Shown here: positions 19,174 to 28,749 of the stretch, in pieces | Layout: every line of letters begins with the position of its first letter | Numbering within the stretch: position 1 is the stretch's first letter | Origin: a bacterium | Lineage (GTDB): Bacteria; Bacillota; SLNR01; JBMNPB01 | Direction of reading: 5' to 3' | DNA length: 64,000 nucleotides | NCBI GenBank assembly: GCA_050943375.1 | Contig: JBMNPB010000007.1 | Coordinates: 24,163-88,162, forward strand | The notes under the pieces: model-generated | The model's database searches: none | What the model was told of the DNA's origin: nothing | What the model saw: only the letters and a program-made list of their open reading frames with translations | Program-made: the position numbers and the translations under genes

Positions 19174-22100
19174 TCAGATCTGCCGCCCGGTCGGACGCAA
19201 CCGCGCCAGCCCGGCCCGGAAATAACCGCCGCAGTCTTCCACAATGGTGTAGATAACCGGGATATAGACGAGGGTCAGCAACGTCGACAGCAGCAATCCC
19301 CCGATAACAACCACCGCCATCGGTGTACCCATTTCCGCCCCTTCCCCGCGCGCGAACGCCTGCGGGAAAAGAGCGAGAACTGTTGTCAGGGTAGTCATCA
19401 AGATCGGCCGCAGCCTGATTGGGCCGGCCTGCATAATAGCCTCCTTGCGGCTTTCGCCCTGCTGCCGCCGAATATTGATGTAATCGATAAGAACGATTGC
19501 ATTGTTGACGACGATGCCGGCCAGGACAATGAGGCCGATGAAGGCCGGTACGCTCAGGGATTTACCAGTCAGGAAAAGACCCAGTATCCCCCCGGAAAAC
19601 CCCAGCGGCATCGAGAACATGATGACGAAGGGGTGAAGCAGATTTTCGAACTGGGACGCCATGATCATATACACCAGAATGACAGCCAGCGCCAAAGCGA
19701 GCAGAAGATCCGAAAAAGCGTCCGTAAGTTCTTTCTGCTCACCGCCGAAGGAGTAATCGTACCCCTGGGGCATTTCATATTCAGCCAGCCGGGCGGCAAT
19801 ATCCCGGGAAACACTCTGCAAATCACGGCCGAAAATCTGGCTTGTCACCGTCACGACCCGGGACTGTTTCTCGCGGCTGATGGTGATCGGCCCGCGGGAA
19901 ACGGTAATCTCCGCCACCTGATCCAAAGGAACGCTCACACCGAGAGGAGTCGAAACCGGCGTCTGGCCGAGATTGGCGATGCTGTTGCTGTAAGTGGCGT
20001 CACCGCTGACTACGATGTTTATTTCTTCCCCTTCGTATTTGAAACGGCTGGCAGTTACCCCGCTCAGAACGCCTCTGATTTCCCCGGCAATTTGGCCGGC
20101 CGTGAGGCCGTATTGGGAAGCGGCCTTCCGGTCAACCGCGATCTGGACTTCCGGCACCCCTTCCGCAAGACTCGTCTCAACTTCCCGGGTCCCCGCCACA
20201 TCTTCGACGACGGCCCGGAAGTCGTCACTGATCTGCTGCAGAACGGCAATGTCGTCACCGCGGATGCTGATGCTGACCGGAGCGCCGGCCATGCCGCCGA
20301 AAGCGAAGAATGACATCGGCTGGACATTGATTTCCGCGCCGGGAACATCCCGGACGATGCTCCGGATTTCATCGGCCAGTTCGGCGCTGCTCCGGCTGCG
20401 TCCGGACAAAGGTTTCAACTTGTAATAGATCATTCCGGTGTTCGTTGCCCCGCCGCCGAACATTGCCGCGTCACCGCCCGATCCGACGGTGACAAAGACG
20501 TTATCGACTTCGGGAATCCCTTCCGTCTTCGTTTCAATCATCCGCATCAGGGCATCCGTCTCTTCCAGTTCCGAGCCGGCCGGCAGGCTGACGTCGGCCG
20601 TCACCCAGCCTTGGTCCATACTGGGAAAGAACTCGGCGCCGACGAAGACAATCGAAGCTATCGACACTGCAAACGTCACGACGCCGATAACCACCGTCGC
20701 TTTGCGGTGCGCCAGAGCCCAGGCCAGAACGCGCCGATAAGCGTCCAGCAAACGGCCGAAGAGCCGTTCAAAGCCGTCCAGGAAGCGGCCGAAAAGGCGG
20801 GGGTTGGCCGTCGGGCCGTTTTGGCCGTTAATTTTCAACAGTTTGGCGGAGAGCATCGGCACGAGTGTCAGCGAGACAATGAGGGATGTCAGCAGCGACA
20901 TGGTCACCGTAAGCGCCAGTTCCTTGAAGACAGTCGCGGTGATACCCTCAACGAAGACAATCGGCAGAAAGACAGCCACCGTCGTCAGAGTGGAAGCGGT
21001 CACGGCCATGGCGACTTCGGCTCCCCCTTTGACCGCAGCCTCGGCCCGGGAATGTCCTTCTTGCCGGAAGCGGAAGATGTTCTCCAGGACGACGATTGAG
21101 TTGTCAACCAGCATGCCGATGCCGAGGGCGAGCCCGCCGAGAGTCATCATGTTCAAGGTAACTCCGTTGAAATAAAGAAGGGTAAACGTCCCGATTATCG
21201 ATATGGGTATCGACACCCCGATAATGAGAGTCGTCCGGGCGTTGCGCAAAAACAGATACAAGATGAGCACAGCCAGAAGGCCGCCGACAAAGGCGTTGTC
21301 GAAAACGCCGCCGATGGCGAGCTTAATGAAATAAGCCTGGTCAAAAATACTGTCAATCCCCAGGCCGGGGTTTTCTTTCTGCAGTTGGGCGATTTCCGCG
21401 TTTACCGCTTCCGCCACCCGGACCGAGTTTTCTCCCGACTGTTTCATGACGTCAATAATGATGCTGGTCTTGCCGTTCGTCCGGCCCAAAGTCCTCTGTT
21501 CCCCCGGCTGCAACTGCACATCGGCCAGATCGGCCAGAGTGACGATGCCGCCGGCGGGGAGAGGGATGGTCAGCTGCCGGATATCGTCAAGAGACGCAAA
21601 CTCGCCCATCGTCCGAATGGTCAGAGACTGCTGTCCTTTTTCCACCTCTCCGCCGGGGAGGTTAAGGTTCTCCGCCCCGATAATCTGGGCCACGTAACCT
21701 ACCGATATCCCGTAACCCTGCAGTTTCAGCTGGTTAATCCGCACGGAAACTTCATTTTCGTAGCCGCCGTAAACACTGACAGCCGCTACCCCTTCCAATC
21801 TTTCCAGCCGCGGCTTGACTATATCCTCCGCCACCGCCTGGAGCTTGCCCAGATCACCCGAATTGGAAAGAGCCACCTCGACGACCGGCATGGCCGTCAT
21901 ATCCATTTTGAGAACGTTCGGCGTTTTGGCGTCGGCCGGGAGAAAACCTTTGACCAAGTCAATTTTCTCCCGCAAGTCCAAAGCGGCAAAATTCATGTCC
22001 GTTCCGAACCCGAATTGGGCGATAATAATCGAGCTGCCCTCCGACGACATTGAGTTTATCGACTCAATGCCTTCCGCCCGCGCCACCGCCTCTTCCAGCG

Positions 22101-22296
22101 GCCGGGTAATCAGTTTTTCCACTTCCTGCGGCCCCATCCCGGAACATGTTGTCTGGATGACGGCAATCGGGAGTTCTATCGCCGGCAGCATGTCAATCGG
22201 CAGCCGCCCGAGCGAAACCACCCCCAGAAGAACAATGACCAGCATCAGCATCAGAACCGTTACCGGTCTTTTAACCGAAAACTCCGACAGATTCAT
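19174..22296 (-). CDS. RND efflux permease (AcrB/AcrD/AcrF family)
   Basis: The 1040-aa ORF has 12 TM segments and two large periplasmic loops, with typical HAE1 family motifs. Confidence 0.9.
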   Translation of the reverse strand: MNLSEFSVKRPVTVLMLMLVIVLLGVVSLGRLPIDMLPAIELPIAVIQTTCSGMGPQEVEKLITRPLEEAVARAEGIESINSMSSEGSSIIIAQFGFGTDMNFAALDLREKIDLVKGFLPADAKTPNVLKMDMTAMPVVEVALSNSGDLGKLQAVAEDIVKPRLERLEGVAAVSVYGGYENEVSVRINQLKLQGYGISVGYVAQIIGAENLNLPGGEVEKGQQSLTIRTMGEFASLDDIRQLTIPLPAGGIVTLADLADVQLQPGEQRTLGRTNGKTSIIIDVMKQSGENSVRVAEAVNAEIAQLQKENPGLGIDSIFDQAYFIKLAIGGVFDNAFVGGLLAVLILYLFLRNARTTLIIGVSIPISIIGTFTLLYFNGVTLNMMTLGGLALGIGMLVDNSIVVLENIFRFRQEGHSRAEAAVKGGAEVAMAVTASTLTTVAVFLPIVFVEGITATVFKELALTVTMSLLTSLIVSLTLVPMLSAKLLKINGQNGPTANPRLFGRFLDGFERLFGRLLDAYRRVLAWALAHRKATVVIGVVTFAVSIASIVFVGAEFFPSMDQGWVTADVSLPAGSELEETDALMRMIETKTEGIPEVDNVFVTVGSGGDAAMFGGGATNTGMIYYKLKPLSGRSRSSAELADEIRSIVRDVPGAEINVQPMSFFAFGGMAGAPVSISIRGDDIAVLQQISDDFRAVVEDVAGTREVETSLAEGVPEVQIAVDRKAASQYGLTAGQIAGEIRGVLSGVTASRFKYEGEEINIVVSGDATYSNSIANLGQTPVSTPLGVSVPLDQVAEITVSRGPITISREKQSRVVTVTSQIFGRDLQSVSRDIAARLAEYEMPQGYDYSFGGEQKELTDAFSDLLLALALAVILVYMIMASQFENLLHPFVIMFSMPLGFSGGILGLFLTGKSLSVPAFIGLIVLAGIVVNNAIVLIDYINIRRQQGESRKEAIMQAGPIRLRPILMTTLTTVLALFPQAFARGEGAEMGTPMAVVVIGGLLLSTLLTLVYIPVIYTIVEDCGGYFRAGLARLRPTGRQI

Positions 22297-22297
22297 T

Positions 22298-23434
22298 TCA
22301 GTTACCTCCGACTACCCTTACTTTTTCCCCGTCGCTGACATAATCCTGGCCTTTTACGATAACCATTTCCTCCGGTTCAAGGCCTGCAGTGATCTCGACG
22401 TAGTTCCCTTCATCCAGACCGGTCGTGACGACCCGTTCTGCGGCCGCGCCATCCAAGGCGACGAAGACGACCGTCTTCCCGTCCTTCATCAGCACCGCTT
22501 CGCTGGGAACAGCGATAACGTCCTCCCTAACATCGGTGTAGAACTCCATCCGGGCAAACATCCCGGGCTTCAGAACATGGTCGGGATTGCCGACAACTAT
22601 CCGCACCGGATAGAGCTGGGTCCTCATGTCGGCGGCCGGACCGATGCTGTCGATCTTCCCGGCGAAGGGCGCATCGGCCGCGGCCGGGACGACGACTCCG
22701 ACGTCCCGGCCGGGTGAGAGGACGTTAACAATGTTCTCCGACACAGCGACATCGGCGTAAACCTTATCAATATCAACGACCGCAGCCACCGGCTGGGCAC
22801 TTGAAACCATGGCGCCGGGCGTCGCATTCAGGAGGGAGACATAACCGCTGACCGGAGCGGTGATATTCATGTCGGCCCGGAGCTCAGCCGCCTGTTCATA
22901 GGCCACCTTGGCTTGATTGAGCTGAGCCTCTGCCGTCGCGAGATTGGCCGGGGAGGCCATCATCTCCGCCTGCTCCAACTCGGCCTGGGAGATGGCGCCC
23001 TCGGCGTACAGCGCCTGCAGCCGCGCCAAATTCGTTTGCGCATTTTCAATATTCTGCCGGGTTAGGGAATATCCCGCCTCGGCCATCTGGAGCGCGGCCG
23101 CCGCCTGCTCAACCTGGCGGTCGACATCGGCCGGATCGAGAGCAACCAGCAGTTCTCCCGCCCGGATATGGTCGCCGACTTTGACCGGTGTCCGGAGCAC
23201 TTTGCCCGGCATCTTGGGCAAAACCATGACATCTTTGTCCGCCGCGAGTTTCCCGCTCAGCGTGACCGTGAGCGAAACCGTCCGCCGGGCGGCCGGTTCG
23301 ACCGTGACCGGCACGCCGGCCGCCGCTTCATCTTCCGCGCCGGCGGCGGGTGTCCCCGGACGCGCCATTCCCCGGACGACTCCGAAGCCAGCCAAGAGTA
23401 CCAGGATGATGATAATTCCGATTCGCTTTTTCAT
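22298..23434 (-). CDS. RND efflux periplasmic adaptor (membrane fusion protein, HlyD-like)
   Basis: The 378-aa ORF has a signal/anchor sequence, a coiled-coil hairpin and a beta-barrel region. It is adjacent to the RND pump. Confidence 0.85.
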   Translation of the reverse strand: MKKRIGIIIILVLLAGFGVVRGMARPGTPAAGAEDEAAAGVPVTVEPAARRTVSLTVTLSGKLAADKDVMVLPKMPGKVLRTPVKVGDHIRAGELLVALDPADVDRQVEQAAAALQMAEAGYSLTRQNIENAQTNLARLQALYAEGAISQAELEQAEMMASPANLATAEAQLNQAKVAYEQAAELRADMNITAPVSGYVSLLNATPGAMVSSAQPVAAVVDIDKVYADVAVSENIVNVLSPGRDVGVVVPAAADAPFAGKIDSIGPAADMRTQLYPVRIVVGNPDHVLKPGMFARMEFYTDVREDVIAVPSEAVLMKDGKTVVFVALDGAAAERVVTTGLDEGNYVEITAGLEPEEMVIVKGQDYVSDGEKVRVVGGN

Positions 23435-23470
23435 TCTCTTACCTCCAAACCAATCGTTTCCATCGGCAGG

Positions 23471-24754
23471 TTAGAACGCCGCCCCGCCGGCAGCGGCCGG
23501 CGCGAGTCCTTTGCACAGCCAATTATATTCGCTCTCCGCCTGCAGCAGCGCCCATTCCGCCGCTTGCGCCTTTCTCGCTTGTGCCGCGTGCCCGGATTTG
23601 ACTCCTTCCAGGGCGAGAGAGGACAGGAGCCCCAGTTCGCAGCGCAGCGTCATCTGCGCCAGCTTCCTCGTTTCCTGCTCATATTTCATCTTCTCCAGCT
23701 CCAGCGCCGCCGTCTTGTCGGCAATGGTCTGGGCTGCCTGGGCAAGTCCGGAATGATAACTCCGAATTATCTCGTTCAATTTTTCCTCTTCGCTCCGCAA
23801 TTCGGATAACAACTGCCGCGCCGTGTTGTACCAGCGCTCATCATCGTTGTCCTCGTCTTCGATGTCACTGTCCCGGATCCCGTTCTCCGACTTAAGCCGC
23901 CGCAAGGCAACTTTCTTGTCCCCGAGGCGGTATTTCTGCAGACGGATCTCGTAGCAATCCGCCTCGGCCGCCGCCGGATCCGGCGCGCTGCCGTTGTCCT
24001 CTTCACTCTCCGACACCCGGGCCGGCGGCGCTGCCAATTCCAGCGGCGCGTCGTACGGCCGTCCGAGCAGGAGATTGAAGTTCTTCACGACGTTATCAGT
24101 CTGTTTAGTTAAAAAATCAAGGCCATTGGCAGCTTCTTTCGCCTGCGCCGCGGCAGCAAGGACATCGTAATCAGCGGCGAGGCCAAGCTCGCGGCGCAGG
24201 CGGGTTACGCTCAGCTGCCGCTCCGCCATGGCCAGGCCATCAGTCAGATCCGCCTGCTGCAGCCGCAGAGTGTGATATGTAAAATAAAGATTCTCCGCCG
24301 CCCGGATAATCTGCAGATTCGCCGCTTCCATCTGCAGTTTCGTCCGCCCGATCGTTCTCTCCATGTCTTCCCGCGTGTCGAGAATCCCGACGGCCGAGTT
24401 GACCATCGCCGCTTCCTGGCCGGTGAAGTATTCCTTCAGAATGAATGAATTGAGGTCGCCAGGGTCGACAACGATACGGTCGGCCATCTCGCCGAAAGCC
24501 CGGGCCGACATGCTCGCGAGAGCAAGGCCGTCTTCCAGCGACTCATAGCCGTATTCCATGGCCCGCAGAGCTTCGGCGTTGCTCCGAATCACCGGGTTGC
24601 GCTCCGCCACCAGTCCGGCGATGTCTTCGTATCCGACCACCAGCGCCGCCTCCGTTGCCGGGACAGTCGCCCCGGCCGCTGCGATCTCCGCCGCCACAAC
24701 CGGGCCCGGCAGCAGCAGGAGCAGGAACAGACAGGCTGCGATAAGTTTTCTCAT
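23471..24754 (-). CDS. TolC-like outer-membrane efflux protein (OEP family)
   Basis: The start was moved to MRKLIAACLFLLLLLPG at 24754, which has the RBS GAGGAAGGGG and a signal peptide. Two coiled-coil/beta repeat halves are typical of TolC-family proteins. It is the first gene of the OMF-MFP-RND-TetR operon. Confidence 0.75.
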   Translation of the reverse strand: MRKLIAACLFLLLLLPGPVVAAEIAAAGATVPATEAALVVGYEDIAGLVAERNPVIRSNAEALRAMEYGYESLEDGLALASMSARAFGEMADRIVVDPGDLNSFILKEYFTGQEAAMVNSAVGILDTREDMERTIGRTKLQMEAANLQIIRAAENLYFTYHTLRLQQADLTDGLAMAERQLSVTRLRRELGLAADYDVLAAAAQAKEAANGLDFLTKQTDNVVKNFNLLLGRPYDAPLELAAPPARVSESEEDNGSAPDPAAAEADCYEIRLQKYRLGDKKVALRRLKSENGIRDSDIEDEDNDDERWYNTARQLLSELRSEEEKLNEIIRSYHSGLAQAAQTIADKTAALELEKMKYEQETRKLAQMTLRCELGLLSSLALEGVKSGHAAQARKAQAAEWALLQAESEYNWLCKGLAPAAAGGAAF

Positions 24755-25384
24755 TCTAATACCCCTTCCTCGGAATTTTGGTTCGGACAAGCCAGAACCG
24801 ACCGGTCGGTCGGTGATTGTATTATATATCCCGGACCCTCCCCCGTCAATCCCTTCTGCCCAAATCTGGCAGATTTATTTTTTCCCGGACAAGCTGGCAA
24901 TTCATTCCCTTGTCTCCCAACTCTTTCAATGATTGTCTGCGCCGGCCCGGCGGCAGGAAGAAACGACAATAATTCCGGGGAGATGCCAAAGCCATATCCT
25001 TGCAGTCGCTCATCATTGATGAGTATTTGGAAGCAAAAAGGTTCGGTTCTGTCCCCGCCGATAACGTGGGGCAAAACCGGAACAGCACCGGGAAAAGAAG
25101 AAACGGACCAGTTTAAAATTCTCTTTGCAGACAGGAAAACTTCGTTCAACTTGGCATTATGTATACTGTTTATTCTGCCCCTGTCGCAGTATAAATCATA
25201 TAAATGTCATTGTCAATATATATTAACAAAAAAGAAGCCCTTTTTGGGTCTCTTCCCTCTTGCCTTTCTCACCATTCTTGCTCTTTTCCTGCGTTTTCGG
25301 CGCGGCCCTCCGTTTCCGGCGAAAGCAGGCCGTTCTTCAAGCAAAGTTCGGAAGGAAAACGCTGTCCAATCCCGTCAATTCCAA

Positions 25385-26518
25385 TTAGCGCTTATTCGGC
25401 CGCTGTTCAGCCAGCAGCCCGGCCGCGAGCAGAGCATTTTCCTCCGCCTGCTCCGCCATGGCGGCGGCAGCGACGCCCAGCCGCCCCACTGCCGTTTCAT
25501 AATCTTCCCACAACGCGCAGACCCGCTCCGCCAGCCCCCCGGCGGCAAGGCGGCTGAAATCACAGAGATAATCGCCCAGTCCGGCGCGCCGCGCGAAATT
25601 GGCCACCTTGGGATCATAGATGATCCCTACGCACGGAACGCCCTGCCCGGCCGCCAGAATCAGCGAATGGAGACGCATTCCGACCACAATTTTCATCTGC
25701 CCCAGGACGGCGGCAATCTCCATCGGCTCCGGCTGCCCGGCCAGGACGAAAGCTGCCTCCCGCCGCTCCATGGCGTCACGAACGTCCGCCGCCACCGCAG
25801 TGTCACCCGGCGCCTGCAGCGGGATAAACACGACCCGGGCGCCGAGCCGTTCAACGACAGCGTCGGCTGCAGCCGCGAGGGCCGCTGTCCGCTCCGCGAT
25901 CCCGGGCCAGGGACGAAGAGAGAATCCTACCAGCGGCGCATCGCCCGCCGTTGCCCCGGCGAGGGCGAGGAGCCGTTCGCCGGTCCCGGCCGGCGGGCGC
26001 TCCAGGCAGAGCGCCGGGTCGGCAGTAACAAGAACGGGCGGACGGATGACGCCAATCTCCCGCAGGAGCTGCTTTGACTCCTCATCCCGCACCGTAATCA
26101 GATCGACACGGTTGGCGACGAGACGCACCAAAGCTTTCCCCAGGCCTGTCGTCAGAGGCCCGATTCCCTGAGCATAAAACATCACTTTCTTCCCGAGCAG
26201 GCGCGCCAGGCCGACCCGGCTCAGCCAGTAAGGGACGATGCGGCGTTCCCGGTCCTGCAGCAAGCCGCCGCCGCCCAGGATGAACAGGTCGCTGCGGCCT
26301 ATCGCTTGTGCGATAGCCCCAAGCCCGTCCAGACGCCGTCCCGCATATACTGCCGTCACGCCGTAGCGGGCGGCCGTCTGGGCCGGGTCGGCCGAAAGCA
26401 CCGTGATCTCCACGCCCGGTATTTGCCGCCGCAGGCTGGCGATGATACCGGCCAGAATAAGATCATCGCCGGTGTTGTTGTAGCCGTAAAAACCTGAAAC
26501 CATTACCCGCTTGCTCAT
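25385..26518 (-). CDS. csaB: polysaccharide pyruvyl transferase CsaB
   Basis: The 377-aa ORF starts MSKRVMVSGFYGYNNTGDDLILAGII, which is the CsaB/PS-pyruvyl-transferase signature. Its ATG overlaps the stop of the upstream glycosyltransferase (ATGA), consistent with translational coupling. Confidence 0.8.
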   Translation of the reverse strand: MSKRVMVSGFYGYNNTGDDLILAGIIASLRRQIPGVEITVLSADPAQTAARYGVTAVYAGRRLDGLGAIAQAIGRSDLFILGGGGLLQDRERRIVPYWLSRVGLARLLGKKVMFYAQGIGPLTTGLGKALVRLVANRVDLITVRDEESKQLLREIGVIRPPVLVTADPALCLERPPAGTGERLLALAGATAGDAPLVGFSLRPWPGIAERTAALAAAADAVVERLGARVVFIPLQAPGDTAVAADVRDAMERREAAFVLAGQPEPMEIAAVLGQMKIVVGMRLHSLILAAGQGVPCVGIIYDPKVANFARRAGLGDYLCDFSRLAAGGLAERVCALWEDYETAVGRLGVAAAAMAEQAEENALLAAGLLAEQRPNKR

Positions 26519-27693
26519 TTCAACCTCTCCCCTGCGGCTCGCCCGGCCAAAGCCGCCGCCAGATAGTCAGCCATCTCCCGGCAGCGGCCGTCCCAGGAAT
26601 TCGCCGCCGCCGCCGTGAAGCGCCGCTCCCGCCGTTCCGGGCCATCTTCCGCGATAGCCTTCTCCACCGCCGCCCGGAAACTCTCCGGATCGCCGGCCCG
26701 GTAAATAATGCCGGCGAACGGCGCCAGTTCCGGCAGGGGAGTAGCCACGACCGGTTTCCCGGCCGCCAAATATTCGTACAACTTGACCGGATTTACATTG
26801 ACCGTCAGCTCATTGATTTTGAAAGGAATTAAGGCGACCGTGAATTGCCGCACATAGGCCGGCACTTCCCGATAAGGGCGGCTGCCCAGAAAGCGGACAT
26901 TCGGCAATGCCGCAAGGGGCGCCGTGTCCGTATTGACCGGGCCGATGAAGACAAAATTCCATTCCGGTTTCGCCGCCGCCACAGCCCGGAGCAGCGCCAG
27001 ATCCAGCCAATCGTGCACCCCGCCGACGAAACCGAGCACCGGTCCGGTCATTTCCGCCATCTCCGGCGGGCACGGCAGTTCCTCCGCCGTCGCCCGGCGG
27101 AAAGGCTCCACATCAGCCGCGTTGGGCAGGAGATGAATAGAGGGCGCCTTCGCTTTTTTCGCCTCGTACAGAGTCCGGGCGGAGGCAAAAACGACATCGG
27201 CTTTCGCCAGCAGCTCATCTTCCATGGCCCGGACAACGGCACGGCTGAAGCCCGTGAATTCGGCGTGTTCGTCGACGCAGTCATAGCAGAGGAGTTCCGC
27301 CGGCAGATGACCCAGCAAATCGGCCGTGTTCGGCAGATACGTCCAGAGCAGCGGCCGCTCCATCCCCAGCCCGGCCAGGACACGCCGCAGACTGCGGGCG
27401 AGAAGCCGCTGATTAATCCGGTTGACGGCCCGGTAACGGCTGCCGAAAGGCAGGAACACGGGCGGCGTCCAGACGAAGATATTGTCAGCCGCCGGCCGCG
27501 GGCCCCGCCGCGCGGCGCCGAAGCGCCGCCACAAAGCCCGATTCTTCAGCGGGGAGAGGAATGTCACCGGCGGCTCCACATAGAGCACCCGGTTCATCCG
27601 GGCGAAGCGGGACATCAGCTGCTGCGGCCGCGCCCAGATCGCGCCCGACCAGTCGACGGCCGAGAGACAGACAATCGTTTTTCCATCCAGCAT
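26515..27693 (-). CDS. glycosyltransferase (GT-B fold, family 1/4-like)
   Basis: The start was moved to MLDGKTIVCLSAVDW at 27693. The C-terminal half has GT-B motifs (EYLAAGKPVVATPLPE). Confidence 0.7.
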   Translation of the reverse strand: MLDGKTIVCLSAVDWSGAIWARPQQLMSRFARMNRVLYVEPPVTFLSPLKNRALWRRFGAARRGPRPAADNIFVWTPPVFLPFGSRYRAVNRINQRLLARSLRRVLAGLGMERPLLWTYLPNTADLLGHLPAELLCYDCVDEHAEFTGFSRAVVRAMEDELLAKADVVFASARTLYEAKKAKAPSIHLLPNAADVEPFRRATAEELPCPPEMAEMTGPVLGFVGGVHDWLDLALLRAVAAAKPEWNFVFIGPVNTDTAPLAALPNVRFLGSRPYREVPAYVRQFTVALIPFKINELTVNVNPVKLYEYLAAGKPVVATPLPELAPFAGIIYRAGDPESFRAAVEKAIAEDGPERRERRFTAAAANSWDGRCREMADYLAAALAGRAAGERLK

Positions 27694-27706
27694 GACCTTC
27701 CCCCCT

Positions 27707-28621
27707 TCAGTCTTCCCGGAAACTCCGGACCGTCCGGCGCAGGCCGGCCGCAAGAGAAACGCGCGGCTGCCAGCCAAGGTCGGCGGCCGCCCTGGCGGCG
27801 GCGAGACGGCTGTGCCGGATATCGCCCGGCTGCGGCGCCGAAAAAGCGATTTTCGCCGTCTGGCCGGCCGCCTCGCCCAGTTCCGCCGCCAGGCGGTTTA
27901 GAGAAATACTGCTGCCGGTGCCGATATTGTAAACAGCGTTGTCGCCCCGGGTCAGGGCTAGAACATTGGCCGCCGCGACATCTTCTACGTAGACGAAGTC
28001 GCGTGTCTGTTCACCATCCCCGTGCACCGTCAGCTTCCGGCCGGCAAGCAGCTCGCCGGTGAAGATGGTGACAACTCCTCCTTCGCCGTCCCGTACCTGG
28101 CGCGGGCCGTAGACGTTCGCGTAGCGGAGGGCGGTATAGCTGAGACCGTAATTGGCCGCGTAAACAGCAAGATAATATTCGCCCGCCAGCTTCGACGCAC
28201 CGTAAGGCGAGAGCGGACGGCAGGCAGCCGTTTCCGTCAGCGGCAGCTCGGCCGGATTCCCGTACACGGCGGCGGAAGAAGCGTAGACAATCTTCCGGAC
28301 CCCGGCGCGCCGGGCGTGCTCCAGCAGATTAATTGTCCCGGCGATGTTAATTGCCGCATCCCCGGCCGGGTCGGCGAGGGATTTGGCGACACTGACCTGG
28401 GCGGCCTGATGGATGATGCATTCCGGCTTCTCCCGGGCCAGGATTGCGCCGCAGGCGGCCGAACGGATATCGTCCTGATATAGTGCAACCCCGGCCGGGA
28501 CGTTCTCCGGCCGCCCCGTGCTCAGATTGTCGAGAACGGCGACGGCATGGCCCCCTGCCAGCAGGGCATCAACGATATGGGAACCGATAAAGCCGGCGCC
28601 GCCGGTTACGAGAATTCTCAT
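27707..28621 (-). CDS. NAD-dependent epimerase/dehydratase (UDP-sugar 4-epimerase-like)
   Basis: The ORF has a Rossmann motif (MRILVTGGAGFIGSH) and the YxxxK catalytic motif (YGASKLAGE). Confidence 0.85.
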   Translation of the reverse strand: MRILVTGGAGFIGSHIVDALLAGGHAVAVLDNLSTGRPENVPAGVALYQDDIRSAACGAILAREKPECIIHQAAQVSVAKSLADPAGDAAINIAGTINLLEHARRAGVRKIVYASSAAVYGNPAELPLTETAACRPLSPYGASKLAGEYYLAVYAANYGLSYTALRYANVYGPRQVRDGEGGVVTIFTGELLAGRKLTVHGDGEQTRDFVYVEDVAAANVLALTRGDNAVYNIGTGSSISLNRLAAELGEAAGQTAKIAFSAPQPGDIRHSRLAAARAAADLGWQPRVSLAAGLRRTVRSFRED

Positions 28622-28749
28622 CTTGCTTCACCTGCTTCGCTAAAATCATCTTGGCCTGCTCTGAAAACAGGCTGACTGACAAAACACCAAGCCGGATTAA
28701 ACTCGTCTTCTCCGTTGCCTTGCCATGGATTCCCTCAGGAACAATCTTC

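Noticed and set aside
24929-26077. 382-aa plus-strand ORF spanning the TolC-csaB intergenic region and csaB
   Set aside because: It is antisense to csaB. It is low-complexity (Pro/Arg/Gly-rich) and has no RBS.
27694-27710. A run of seven G (on the gene strand) in the RBS spacer of the glycosyltransferase gene as a phase-variation tract
   Set aside because: It is only 7 nt. There is no evidence of length heterogeneity. This is common in GC-rich genomes.
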